Notes under the pieces: generated by a model | Databases searched by the model: none | Told to the model about the DNA's origin: nothing | The model's input: only the letters and a program-made list of their open reading frames with translations | Shown here: piece by piece, positions 16,230-24,841 of the stretch | Numbering within the stretch: the first letter of the stretch is position 1 | Layout: every line of letters begins with the position of its first letter | Program-made: the position numbers and the translations under genes | Assembly (NCBI GenBank): GCA_017994175.1 | Contig: JAGOLH010000045.1 | Coordinates: 1 to 24,841, forward strand | Direction: 5' to 3' | From: Bacteroidales bacterium | GTDB taxonomy: Bacteria; Bacteroidota; Bacteroidia; Bacteroidales; ML635J-15 | DNA length: 24,841 nt

Positions 16230-16237
16230 TATCTTTG
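16230..16237 (+). promoter_or_regulatory. Candidate -7 promoter box TATCTTTG for the padR operon.
   Basis: It matches TAnnTTTG and lies about 25 nt upstream of the ATG at 16262. The long AT-rich divergent intergenic region spans 16040-16261. Confidence 0.35.
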
Positions 16238-16261
16238 CAATACAATATTAATAATAAACCT

Positions 16262-16597
16262 ATGGAAAGCGAAAAAACCAATGCACAAATGCGAAAAGGC
16301 ATTCTCGATTATTGTATTTTGCTGATAATCAGCAGGAAGGATGCTTATGTGCCAGATGTGATAAGCCTTTTAAAGGACTCCGGTTTACATGTGGTTGAAG
16401 GCACACTGTACCCATTGCTTATGCGCCTGAAAAACAACGGATGCCTCGATTATCGCTGGGAAGAGTCGAGTTCCGGCCCACCTAGAAAATATTACAAAAT
16501 TACTGAAATGGGCTTACAGATACTGCAGGAGTTGGATAGAGACTGGCATGAACTGGAAGAGAGTATTCATTATTTAAAAAATTATAAACCTGAATAA
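16262..16597 (+). CDS. PadR-family transcriptional regulator.
   Basis: The motif GTLYPLLMRLKNNGCLDYRWEESSSGPPRKYYKITEMG is the PadR winged-helix signature. The start was set at the ATG at 16262 (MESEK...) rather than the TTG at 16235 used by the ORF track. Confidence 0.85.
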   Translation: MESEKTNAQMRKGILDYCILLIISRKDAYVPDVISLLKDSGLHVVEGTLYPLLMRLKNNGCLDYRWEESSSGPPRKYYKITEMGLQILQELDRDWHELEESIHYLKNYKPE

Positions 16598-16598
16598 C

Positions 16599-18161
16599 AT
16601 GAAAAAGACAGTTAGTATTAATTTGAACGGGCTCATTTTCAATATTGACGAGGATGCCTTTATGGTACTTTCGGATTATCTTGAAAAGTTGAAAGCCTAT
16701 TTTTCGAAAAAAGAAGAGGGCGAAGAAATAATGAGTGATATTGAATTGCGTATCGCAGAAATATTCACATCAAAAATATCGCCATCAAAACTTGTAATCA
16801 ATATCAGCGATGTTGAAGAGGTGATGAATACGATGGGGCGGGTAGAAGAAATCTGTGATGGAGACAGTTCAACAGATACAGGCTCCCGTGCAGGTGAAAA
16901 GAAAAATCAGAAAAAATTCTTCAGAGATACCGACAACAGACTTCTTGGAGGTGTTTGTGCCGGTCTGTCGCATTATTCTGGAATAAACCTGCTTGCCATT
17001 AGAATACTATTTGTTGTTTTCTTTTTATTCTCGGCAGGCTTTGTAACCCTCGTATATTTTATTCTTTGGTTGATTGTACCCAAAGCGGTTACTGTGGCCG
17101 ACCGCCTCGAAATGAAAGGGAAAGATATTAACATATCGAATATCGAAAATACAATTAAAGAGGAATACAAAGAAGTGAAGGAGAATTTCAGGAAAATGAA
17201 AAACTCAAAAAACTTTCAGGATAATTTGAACCGGTCCGGCAGGGTGATGGCGGGTTCGTTGAATATAATATTCGGTATTTTGGGGAAGGTTTTGGGAGCT
17301 TTGTTTATCATTATAGGAGTATTTTTCATTTTTGTACTTGGTTTGGGGCTATTTGCATCCAGTTCCGAATTTTTTATCAACGAGATTGCAGGACTCGAAA
17401 TAGTGCCATTGCCTTATATATTGAGTCTATTTACAAACCCGACCATTTCGTGGCTTTTTGTTGTGGCTTTATCGCTTGTTTGCTTTATCCCTTTGATTGC
17501 AATGGTTTATGCCGGTATTAATATTGTTCTCAAACTCAAGTCGGTAAAAATACTTAACCTGAGTATGTTTATTCTATGGCTCGTTGGTTTATCGATGCTA
17601 ATTGCATTATCAATATCAATGTCATCGCACTTTGTAAGTTCGAACGATGTTGTGCTGAAAAATATTGTAATTGCTGACTCGGCAAAAACAATCCATGTCA
17701 ACACCCTGTCCAATATGGGTGAGGATGACTTCATGGAGCATGTTTTTATTGAAAACTTGCGTCTGGTTAAGGTGAATAATGCGGTGAAAGCAGCTGGACA
17801 GGTTGAAGTCTCGGTTCATGCATCAACTGACAGTATTGCGTATTTCGAAGTACAAAAATGCAGTCGCGGCGAAAACCGGAGTCAGGCTGGAAAAAATGCA
17901 TCAATGATAAGATACCGCTTTGCAGTTCAGGATTCTCTAATTACCCTTGATGAATACTTCTTTTTGCCTGACGGCTTCAAATTGCGCGGTCAGGAAGTTG
18001 AAATCGGAATATGTATTCCTGTCGGTACAAAACTTGTGCTCGATAAAAACACAATGCCATTGATAGAAGATACTGAATCGGTGGGTAATATCGATTTTGA
18101 TGAGTTGCAATCCGGAACTTTTCTGATGACACCCCAGGGCTTGATTCTGGTTGCCGAGTAG
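16599..18161 (+). CDS. PspC-domain membrane protein with a DUF1700-like N-terminus and a large C-terminal extracytoplasmic domain.
   Basis: The N-terminus (LNGLIFNIDEDAFMVLSDYLEKLKAYFSKKEEGEEIMSDIELRIAEIF) resembles the helical domain usually encoded after padR. The PspC motif is FFRDTDNRLLGGVCAGLSHYSGINLLAIRILFVV. Several TM helices follow. A 1 nt gap separates it from the padR stop. Confidence 0.8.
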   Translation: MKKTVSINLNGLIFNIDEDAFMVLSDYLEKLKAYFSKKEEGEEIMSDIELRIAEIFTSKISPSKLVINISDVEEVMNTMGRVEEICDGDSSTDTGSRAGEKKNQKKFFRDTDNRLLGGVCAGLSHYSGINLLAIRILFVVFFLFSAGFVTLVYFILWLIVPKAVTVADRLEMKGKDINISNIENTIKEEYKEVKENFRKMKNSKNFQDNLNRSGRVMAGSLNIIFGILGKVLGALFIIIGVFFIFVLGLGLFASSSEFFINEIAGLEIVPLPYILSLFTNPTISWLFVVALSLVCFIPLIAMVYAGINIVLKLKSVKILNLSMFILWLVGLSMLIALSISMSSHFVSSNDVVLKNIVIADSAKTIHVNTLSNMGEDDFMEHVFIENLRLVKVNNAVKAAGQVEVSVHASTDSIAYFEVQKCSRGENRSQAGKNASMIRYRFAVQDSLITLDEYFFLPDGFKLRGQEVEIGICIPVGTKLVLDKNTMPLIEDTESVGNIDFDELQSGTFLMTPQGLILVAE

Positions 18162-18182
18162 AAATGATTCATAAAATATGTA

Positions 18183-18230
18183 TTACGGGGAGCAAGTCAT
18201 ACCACTTGCTCCCCGTAATTATATTGTTTT
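18183..18230. terminator. Bidirectional terminator: a perfect 15 bp stem, a 6 nt loop, then a T-rich tract.
   Basis: The stem ttacggggagcaagt / acttgctccccgtaa has loop catacc. It lies between the convergent stops at 18161 (+) and 18238 (-). Confidence 0.75.
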
Positions 18231-18237
18231 TCAATTT

Positions 18238-19512
18238 TCAGGGTTCACAGTAGTAATCAATCATTTTCATGATAGCACGGGAACAGACTTTACAGAAAGG
18301 CGATGAAAGCTCTTTCATTTTACAGTTGAATGTGGGGCGGTAAATGCCTTTTTCAACGTAACCACCGCCTTCGAAAACTCCCGTTTTATTTTTAAATTTC
18401 ACATCAAGAGGTGTTGGAATAGGAACATTTTCGTCAATCATATTCTTCCATTTGCTGTCGAAATCAACCAAAGTTGTCAGGTTTGGCTGATAAGGTTCAT
18501 GATTCAGATCGTAGAAATCATTATAACTTGTTTCTGAAGTATAATACTCATCTCCAAGGGCTGCAAATGAATGCCCAAACTCATGAACAAGCACTTCAGC
18601 CGATTGCAGATTACTTCCCGATGCTATGCTGTAGAAATTATAAATACCCCCGCCTCCGTAAATATTGCTGTTTGCAATAATAATTATCTGGTCGCAGGGA
18701 ACTTTGCTTACCAGGTCTCTCAGTTTATGATATGAAGCGGTTGTTAAATACCTGTCGGAACCGAAGGTGTAAAACCGGCTGTCGGCAACGGTGTTTAGCC
18801 ATAACCCTTTACCCGGTATATCGCAACCGCTTTCCAAAGAAGGACTAAAAACAAGATGTATGTTGAATTTCTTGTTGCTGTCTTTAAAGGCCGGATCGCT
18901 CAGAAGGTATTTTACCAGAAAATCGGCTTCACTTTCAAATTTTCCACGCTCATTCAAGCTGTACCCGTCTGCCACAACAGCCACATCGATAGAGTGTTCA
19001 ACGCTGCCGTTTATAAGTAAGGTATTAACCTGGGCATGATTCCCAACAAGCTCAAATTCAGTGCTTTGATTAAAATTGAATGTAAAAATCTTTGTTTTAC
19101 TATTATCCCGTTGTACAGAGAATAACTCTATCCGCACGGCTTTTAGGGGGAAGGGTATTACAATACTTTCTCCAAAAGCTTTGTTTGTTAGAGTTGCCTC
19201 ATCGGTAGTTTGCCATTCTTCGAAAAGACTGCAATATCCATAACTGTATATAAGTTTGTTGCTCACTGCGTCAAAAACTTCTACCCGGTACTTGCCATAT
19301 TCAAACTCGCAGATCAGTTTGTCGGGGTTTCCGGCCCATCGGTCGTCTCTAACAAAACGAACAAAGCTGACTGCTTCAGTATTTTTTGTACCGCTGTGAA
19401 TGTAATCGACCCGCAATGCAGCAGTATCGAAATACTCCGAATATCTTAGTTGTTGCGAGAATGAAATAGTGTACTGAGTTATGGCTAGCAGAAGAATTAA
19501 TATATGCTTCAT
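18238..19512 (-). CDS. Secreted peptidase M64 family zinc metalloprotease (IgA-protease-like).
   Basis: It has a signal peptide (MKHILILLLAITQYTISFSQ). HEFGHSFAALGDEYY matches the M64 HExxH..GDEY zinc-binding signature. A GGGGIYNFYSIASGS segment precedes it. Confidence 0.85.
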   Translation of the reverse strand: MKHILILLLAITQYTISFSQQLRYSEYFDTAALRVDYIHSGTKNTEAVSFVRFVRDDRWAGNPDKLICEFEYGKYRVEVFDAVSNKLIYSYGYCSLFEEWQTTDEATLTNKAFGESIVIPFPLKAVRIELFSVQRDNSKTKIFTFNFNQSTEFELVGNHAQVNTLLINGSVEHSIDVAVVADGYSLNERGKFESEADFLVKYLLSDPAFKDSNKKFNIHLVFSPSLESGCDIPGKGLWLNTVADSRFYTFGSDRYLTTASYHKLRDLVSKVPCDQIIIIANSNIYGGGGIYNFYSIASGSNLQSAEVLVHEFGHSFAALGDEYYTSETSYNDFYDLNHEPYQPNLTTLVDFDSKWKNMIDENVPIPTPLDVKFKNKTGVFEGGGYVEKGIYRPTFNCKMKELSSPFCKVCSRAIMKMIDYYCEP

Positions 19513-19574
19513 TTTTATTCACAAATTTTTCATTACAATAATACAATTTTTTAATTTGGCAAAAATCAAACATT

Positions 19575-21065
19575 ATGCCTAATAATTCAATATTTCTCAT
19601 TGTCATTATCGCATATTTTACATTTCTCATTCTATGGGGTCTTTATCAGGGAAGAAAAGTTAAGAACGCAGGCGATTATGCCATTGCTGGGCGTAAGCTA
19701 CCCGGATGGGTTGCTGCTTTATCGGAGCGGGCGACGGGGGAATCCTCCTGGGCCTTACTGGGGCTCCCCGGTGCAGCATATGCAACCGGTGTAATGGAAA
19801 TCTGGACGGCTGTTGGTTGTGTTGCAGGGATTGTAACTTCATGGGCTGTACTTTCGTGGCGGCTTCGTAAAGAGTCGGAAAAATACCAGGTTAGCAGTTT
19901 TGTCGATTATCTTAGCAAAAAGCATGGCGATTACGCAAAACCTATGAGAATTACAGCAAGTATTACCATAGTTTTTGTATTCTTTTTCTATGTTGCTGCT
20001 CAATTTCTCGGAGGAGGCAAATCCTTGAATATTATGTTTGATATCAGCCCTGTATTGGGTATGCTAATAACTGTGGCTATTATTTTACCATACACCCTCT
20101 ACGGCGGACTTCAAAGCGTTGCATATACCGATGTGGTTCAGGCTTTGCTGATGATAGTTACACTTATCCTGGGTCCTATTCTCGGATGGATTTATATTCA
20201 TGAGCATCCAGGGTTGTTTGCTGATGGAATCGGACATGCCTTGCATAAAGCATCTGCAATTGATCAGAATGTAAAAACCTCTGTTTTTGGAGGCTTGAAA
20301 GGTCTTGCTGCAGGGGCTGCAATAGCGACGGGGTTTAGCTGGTTTTTTGGCTACTTGGGAGGGCAACCTCAGTTAAGTATGCGCTTTATGGCAATAAGGG
20401 ATGATGTTCAGGCACGAAGGGCAAGAAACATTGGAATAATATGGACTGTAGTAGCCTATCTCGGGGCCCTAAGTATGGGATGGATTGGCATCGCAATTTT
20501 TGGACCAGGAGGCCTTAGCGATCCCGAATTGGTAATGCCAAGCGTTATTTTAACTGTTTTTCCACCGGTAATTGCAGCGGTGCTCATTACCGGTGCCATT
20601 GCAGCAATGGTTTCAACTGCCGACTCTCTGCTGATTCTCAGCTCAACGGAGTTCTCAGAGAATATTCTGAAGCTTTTCACAAAAAAAACTATGTCAGCGA
20701 AAAAGAACCTCCTTATCTCAAGGCTGATTACAGCATGCCTTGCCGTTATTGCATGTGTGGTAGCCTATATTATTTATCTGCTTAAAGCGGATAACATATT
20801 TAACCTGGTCGGATACGTATGGGCTTTTATTGGTTGCCCGTATTCTGTTGTTGTACTACTTAGTCTCTTTTGGAAAAAGTACCATGGAAAGGCGGCTGTA
20901 TGTACAATAATTGGGGGTATGCTTTTTACAATTATATGGATTGCAACAGGATTGGATTCAATACTGACCAGCAGGGTTGTTACATTTTTTGCTTCACTTA
21001 TTTTTGCACTTGGCTTTACCTATGCATTGAAAAAACCTGAACAAAAAGCAGAGGAATCTGTTTAA
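19575..21065 (+). CDS. Sodium:solute symporter (SSS) family transporter.
   Basis: About 13 hydrophobic helices are present. The N-terminal region [40 protein letters not shown] is SSS-like (PutP/PanF-type). Confidence 0.8.
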   Translation: MPNNSIFLIVIIAYFTFLILWGLYQGRKVKNAGDYAIAGRKLPGWVAALSERATGESSWALLGLPGAAYATGVMEIWTAVGCVAGIVTSWAVLSWRLRKESEKYQVSSFVDYLSKKHGDYAKPMRITASITIVFVFFFYVAAQFLGGGKSLNIMFDISPVLGMLITVAIILPYTLYGGLQSVAYTDVVQALLMIVTLILGPILGWIYIHEHPGLFADGIGHALHKASAIDQNVKTSVFGGLKGLAAGAAIATGFSWFFGYLGGQPQLSMRFMAIRDDVQARRARNIGIIWTVVAYLGALSMGWIGIAIFGPGGLSDPELVMPSVILTVFPPVIAAVLITGAIAAMVSTADSLLILSSTEFSENILKLFTKKTMSAKKNLLISRLITACLAVIACVVAYIIYLLKADNIFNLVGYVWAFIGCPYSVVVLLSLFWKKYHGKAAVCTIIGGMLFTIIWIATGLDSILTSRVVTFFASLIFALGFTYALKKPEQKAEESV

Positions 21066-21070
21066 ACTGC

Positions 21071-21499
21071 ATGAAATATGCATTTTTAATCATTGTAATT
21101 TTTGTAGCCATGCAGTCGTGTTCACAAAACAGCAACAAACCATATCGCCAGTTGAGTCCCGAAGAGAAAAGGGTGATTATAAATAAAGGTACCGAAAGAC
21201 CTTTTACAGGAACGTATTACAACCATTTTGAAGATGGCATTTATGTTTGCCGGCAATGCGGGAACCCGCTTTTCAACAGTAACGACAAATTCGAATCGGA
21301 ATGCGGATGGCCGAGTTTTGATGATGCAATTAAAGGCTCGATAAAAAGGATTCCTGATGCCGATGGGCACCGTACAGAGATAGTTTGTGCAAAGTGTGGT
21401 GGCCATTTAGGGCACGTTTTTGAAGGAGAGGGGTTTACACCAAAAAACACAAGGCATTGTGTAAATTCAATTTCTATTGATTTTGTCCATAAAGAATAA
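21071..21499 (+). CDS. msrB: Peptide-methionine (R)-S-oxide reductase MsrB with a lipoprotein-type signal peptide.
   Basis: The motifs are [52 protein letters not shown] and the catalytic RHCVNSISI. The N-terminal [19 protein letters not shown] suggests export and lipidation. There is a 5 bp gap after the SSS transporter, consistent with co-transcription. Confidence 0.9.
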   Translation: MKYAFLIIVIFVAMQSCSQNSNKPYRQLSPEEKRVIINKGTERPFTGTYYNHFEDGIYVCRQCGNPLFNSNDKFESECGWPSFDDAIKGSIKRIPDADGHRTEIVCAKCGGHLGHVFEGEGFTPKNTRHCVNSISIDFVHKE

Positions 21500-21609
21500 C
21501 ATCTTATAATGGAATAGCCTTATCTACAATTGAATTAATAGTACGAGAATATTTTGCAGCTGTTTAGGGCTGATCATCATTATTAACTATATTTGAGGTT
21601 ATAGTTTTC

Positions 21610-23493
21610 ATGTTATCAATAGGTTCAATGCATGCTTATAAAATATTTGTATTCTGTTGCATATTAATAATGATTACAGTATGGCAAAATACTGCAAATG
21701 CACAATACTATATCGAAGGCTCGGTCATCGACGCTACAACGAAAACAGTATTACCATATTGTAACATTATAGTTCAAGGTAAAAATGAAGGAACCATAAC
21801 CAATGCCGATGGTTTTTTCAGAATTGCAACTAAACAGAATGATAATATCATTTTTTCTTATCTGGGTTATAAATCAGATACGATTTCCGCTGCTGGTATC
21901 AGAAGCAACCCTATTGTATCGCTTACACCCAATGAGGTGTTTATCGATGAGGTTACCATTCATGCTGGTAATGACTATTTATACGATATTTTTGAATCAT
22001 GCCGGAAACAACTTCAAAAAAATCGAACATCGAATCAATCGAAAGTGTATTTCGTTCTTGAAACTTTAGGTGCCATGGGCGAAAGTAAGTACCCTATTTC
22101 CCCGGCACCTTTGTACCAAAATTATTCGAAAGACTATGTGCCGGTTGAGCTGCTCGAATGTTTTTATAATGCAAATCTTCAGGGTGAGCATCTCGAAAAT
22201 CTGGAATTTAAAAACGGTAAAACTGCACTGGCTGCCAATGGTAATTATTTTGTAAGCAGGTCAACATCACTGGCATGGACACAGTTTTCACTTTGCGAGA
22301 AAAACGATTTATTCCCGGCCATTCCATTTCAGTTTTCGAAAAGCGCGATGAAAAAATTTTTCAATCTTGAATTCGAATCTTACAATGGACAAGTGTATAC
22401 TATAAAATTCACTCCTGTGTCATCCGATAACATGTCGTTTTCGGGGAAGGCCTGGATTGAAAAATCGACCATGAATCTGCTTAAAATTGAACTCTTCGCA
22501 GAGCATCCGGCAATTCACCCTTTTTTGCCATTTCATGAAGGGCTCGATTCACTTTATAATGTGAGTTTGCAGGTCAGCAACAGCTATAAAGTAGAAAACG
22601 GAATTCTGATACCCGATCATTTCCATTTTTCTTATAGCTTCGATTTTATCAGTAACCGTGATTTTTACGGTGATGAAATGAAAGACCGTAAGGAAATCAT
22701 CCGGCATCTTACGACACATGGATTGATGTACTTCTTCGATTATGGAAAACCATTTATCATTCCGTTTTTCGACTTTCCTGAAAATTACGACGACTATTAC
22801 CGGATGTCGTTTATCCCATACAACGAAGTTTGCTGGAACAGTAATCAGGCCTTACTGTTAACCTCACAGCAAAAAGAAAACCTCGGAATACTTTCAAAAG
22901 AAAACGAGCTGGAGCAATTTTCCGAAAACAATTATGGCAGATACTTCCTGAAATTATCCCAATTCTACCTCCATGGCTTCTTTGCATTTTATTATCCTTT
23001 CTGGGATGCTCAAAAAAGGATATTAATCCTTCAATCAAACACCGATCAGGGCCCATTGTCGCGAAAACAGATAAATAATTCCATCCCTGGTGCTTTGTAC
23101 AATATCGAAGCACAGATACTGCTCGACATAAACCCTGTTGCCGATACATTGCACTGGAAATCGTTTACGGTACTTGATGCCATTAAAACATACTGGTATC
23201 TGCCCATCGATAAAAATACCCATCCATTTATTAATATTTATTTCGACATCTGCGAAATTGAGCGTCGGGAAATGGAGGCGAAGCTCGAACAACAACACAG
23301 CAGTTTAGAGGAAATAACAAGAGTTTACATGGAGTCGGTTGATCACATGAAGCTGATTACAAAGAACTATATGAAAGATGTGCAGCATGGCACTAACGAA
23401 AAACAGATGAGGAAATGGAATGAATACGTTAAAAAGTCGCTTGGTATCGACAACCTGAGTATGTTTAAAGAACTGGAGCCCGAAAAGTATTAG
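21610..23493 (+). CDS. Hypothetical exported protein, 627 aa, with an N-terminal carboxypeptidase-regulatory-like (CarboxypepD_reg) beta-sandwich.
   Basis: A signal-like N-terminus is followed by YYIEGSVIDATTKTVLPYCNIIVQGKNEGTITNADGFFRIATKQNDNIIFSYLGYKSDTI. This is the pattern seen at the N-termini of TonB-dependent receptors and related proteins. The rest is unrecognised. The start could be the internal Met at 21628. Confidence 0.65.
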   Translation: MLSIGSMHAYKIFVFCCILIMITVWQNTANAQYYIEGSVIDATTKTVLPYCNIIVQGKNEGTITNADGFFRIATKQNDNIIFSYLGYKSDTISAAGIRSNPIVSLTPNEVFIDEVTIHAGNDYLYDIFESCRKQLQKNRTSNQSKVYFVLETLGAMGESKYPISPAPLYQNYSKDYVPVELLECFYNANLQGEHLENLEFKNGKTALAANGNYFVSRSTSLAWTQFSLCEKNDLFPAIPFQFSKSAMKKFFNLEFESYNGQVYTIKFTPVSSDNMSFSGKAWIEKSTMNLLKIELFAEHPAIHPFLPFHEGLDSLYNVSLQVSNSYKVENGILIPDHFHFSYSFDFISNRDFYGDEMKDRKEIIRHLTTHGLMYFFDYGKPFIIPFFDFPENYDDYYRMSFIPYNEVCWNSNQALLLTSQQKENLGILSKENELEQFSENNYGRYFLKLSQFYLHGFFAFYYPFWDAQKRILILQSNTDQGPLSRKQINNSIPGALYNIEAQILLDINPVADTLHWKSFTVLDAIKTYWYLPIDKNTHPFINIYFDICEIERREMEAKLEQQHSSLEEITRVYMESVDHMKLITKNYMKDVQHGTNEKQMRKWNEYVKKSLGIDNLSMFKELEPEKY

Positions 23494-23559
23494 TTTATAA
23501 CCGTTGTTTAAATACTCTTGATTCGAGAGTGTTAACACTTACCACAACATGTGTTATTA

Positions 23560-24453
23560 TTAAAACTTCACCATCAAACCTGCTCCGAACATTTCCTTTA
23601 ATTGAACACGAGGTCCGTATTTATTGGGCTGACCGTCGTCATCGGTATCGATGCCAATGTGGATATCGTCGTCATACATCAGGTGAAACTGAACCGTTGC
23701 GCTTAAATAGTCGTTTATTTTTAGGGCAAGGATGTTTTCCCAGTTTATATCGATGTTCTGAGGTTTATGCAGGTAGTTCGAAAACAATTCCAGTTTTGTG
23801 TTGAAAGCGACATTAGTCATTATATCAACTTTGTAAAGCACTTTGATAAACCCCCCGAATTCAGGTCTGAATTTTTTACCGGCATCTACACCAAAAACGC
23901 CCAGCGACGACAGGTAGTCCGACGAAATAATGGTTGCCTTACCTGTGAAGGGGGAAATAAAAACCGACAGGTTATCATTGGGTTTATAATCCATCCCAAT
24001 TGCTGCATTTATATAAGCCGGTGAAAGAAAATCGGAAATTATTACTGTGTCTTCCGGATTGCGATATCCGGCAGCAAACTGGGTTTTGAAACTTAATAAG
24101 CCGCTGTAATACCAATGTTTGAAAGCATATCTACCATATTTCGAGGAAACTTCAAATTTATCGTCACTTTTTATAAAATCGCGCTTGCCTTGTTTTAGCA
24201 ACCCATATCCCAAATCCAAAGTATTGTCCCATGTCATTTTGTTTTTACTGTAATTGGCATACAGATTTAAAAACGAAGTTCCTGAAATGGAGTTTTCACC
24301 ACCGGCAACCCAATTATGCAAGGTAAGTTGCGAAAAACTGAGATTAAAGACCCCGCCACGTTTCCATTCACCATGAATTTTTTCGTTTTCGGTTTGGGAA
24401 TAAACACCGGTTGACAAGGCAATACATAAGAAAACGCATGCGTATTTATACAT
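23560..24453 (-). CDS. Outer-membrane beta-barrel protein, DUF3078-like.
   Basis: A signal peptide is present. The N-terminal NLSFSQLTLHNWVAGGENS motif is one I recall from the DUF3078 family. The C-terminus ends in the aromatic residues LMVKF. Confidence 0.6.
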   Translation of the reverse strand: MYKYACVFLCIALSTGVYSQTENEKIHGEWKRGGVFNLSFSQLTLHNWVAGGENSISGTSFLNLYANYSKNKMTWDNTLDLGYGLLKQGKRDFIKSDDKFEVSSKYGRYAFKHWYYSGLLSFKTQFAAGYRNPEDTVIISDFLSPAYINAAIGMDYKPNDNLSVFISPFTGKATIISSDYLSSLGVFGVDAGKKFRPEFGGFIKVLYKVDIMTNVAFNTKLELFSNYLHKPQNIDINWENILALKINDYLSATVQFHLMYDDDIHIGIDTDDDGQPNKYGPRVQLKEMFGAGLMVKF

Positions 24454-24749
24454 AGTTCATTAGTTTATTATTTTGCTGGCAAAGAAATAAAATTCTGATT
24501 AAAAACAAACCCGATCTTTAAAAACAATTCCGGACTGCGATTCGAGGTCTAATTAATGGATGTATCGTTTATGATTAAAATATGGTTCTTTGTATAATTT
24601 AAGTTTAGTTGTATAAATAAAGTTTTATGTATTTAAATTTCTTAAAATTGTCAAAATATAATGTATATTTGTAATATAAAATTCAATTTTTCAAAGGTAA
24701 AAAACAGTCATAAAATCACATCCGTCCTAAATAAAATTTGAATAAAAAA

Positions 24750-24808
24750 GGGAGTTGGGAATTACTCATTATGAGTAATTTTAAAGTTGCTAAACAAAAC
24801 CAACTCCC
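24750..24808. other. Nested inverted repeat: outer 9 bp stem gggagttgg/ccaactccc enclosing a perfect 10 bp-arm palindrome aattactcat-t-atgagtaatt.
   Basis: It is read directly from the sequence. It lies in a 388 bp AT-rich intergenic stretch with no ORF of 60 aa or more, at the window edge. Confidence 0.3.
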
Positions 24809-24841
24809 ATGGTAAAATTATCACTTTTTTCACAGATAACA

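Noticed and set aside
23494-23559. Weak hairpin (actcttg att cgagagt) and the palindrome gtgttaacac between convergent genes.
   Set aside because: The stems are short and include a wobble pair. This could be a weak terminator but is not distinctive enough to annotate.
1-24841. Search for an integrase, transposase, phage or defence-system genes that would indicate a mobile island.
   Set aside because: No ORF shows recombinase, transposase, toxin-antitoxin, restriction or Cas hallmarks. The only insertion signature is the gene-remnant repeat around 3900-5100.

Overview
This 24.8 kb window reads as a chromosomal segment of a Bacteroidetes-type genome. Intergenic regions are AT-rich, several start codons have a TAnnTTTG-like -7 motif upstream, and many proteins carry lipoprotein or Sec signal peptides. 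I can support about 20 protein-coding genes and no rRNA, tRNA, CRISPR array, integrase or transposase. Housekeeping genes are a partial RluA-family pseudouridine synthase, an NADP isocitrate dehydrogenase, msrB and an SSS-family symporter. Envelope and regulatory modules are an NfeD-flotillin pair, a PadR regulator followed by a DUF1700-like/PspC membrane protein, a secreted M64 (IgA-protease-like) metallopeptidase, two outer-membrane beta-barrel candidates, and a membrane metallophosphoesterase overlapping an NAD(P)H-binding gene. The most unusual stretch is a co-oriented minus-strand cluster of two tandem paralogous lipoproteins with acidic tails, an ABC ATPase, an FtsX-type permease, and a FeoA-FeoB fusion whose G-domain has lost every nucleotide-binding motif. 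Other notable structures are a roughly 290 bp mosaic of GC-rich palindromes and two ~85 bp direct repeats between the convergent flotillin and feoB genes, a 32 bp degenerate copy of the metallophosphoesterase 3' end that flanks a strongly AT-rich single-gene insert, and several perfect palindromes or hairpins that act as terminators or candidate regulatory sites. All calls come from reading the sequence and the supplied ORF translations; no database search was run.
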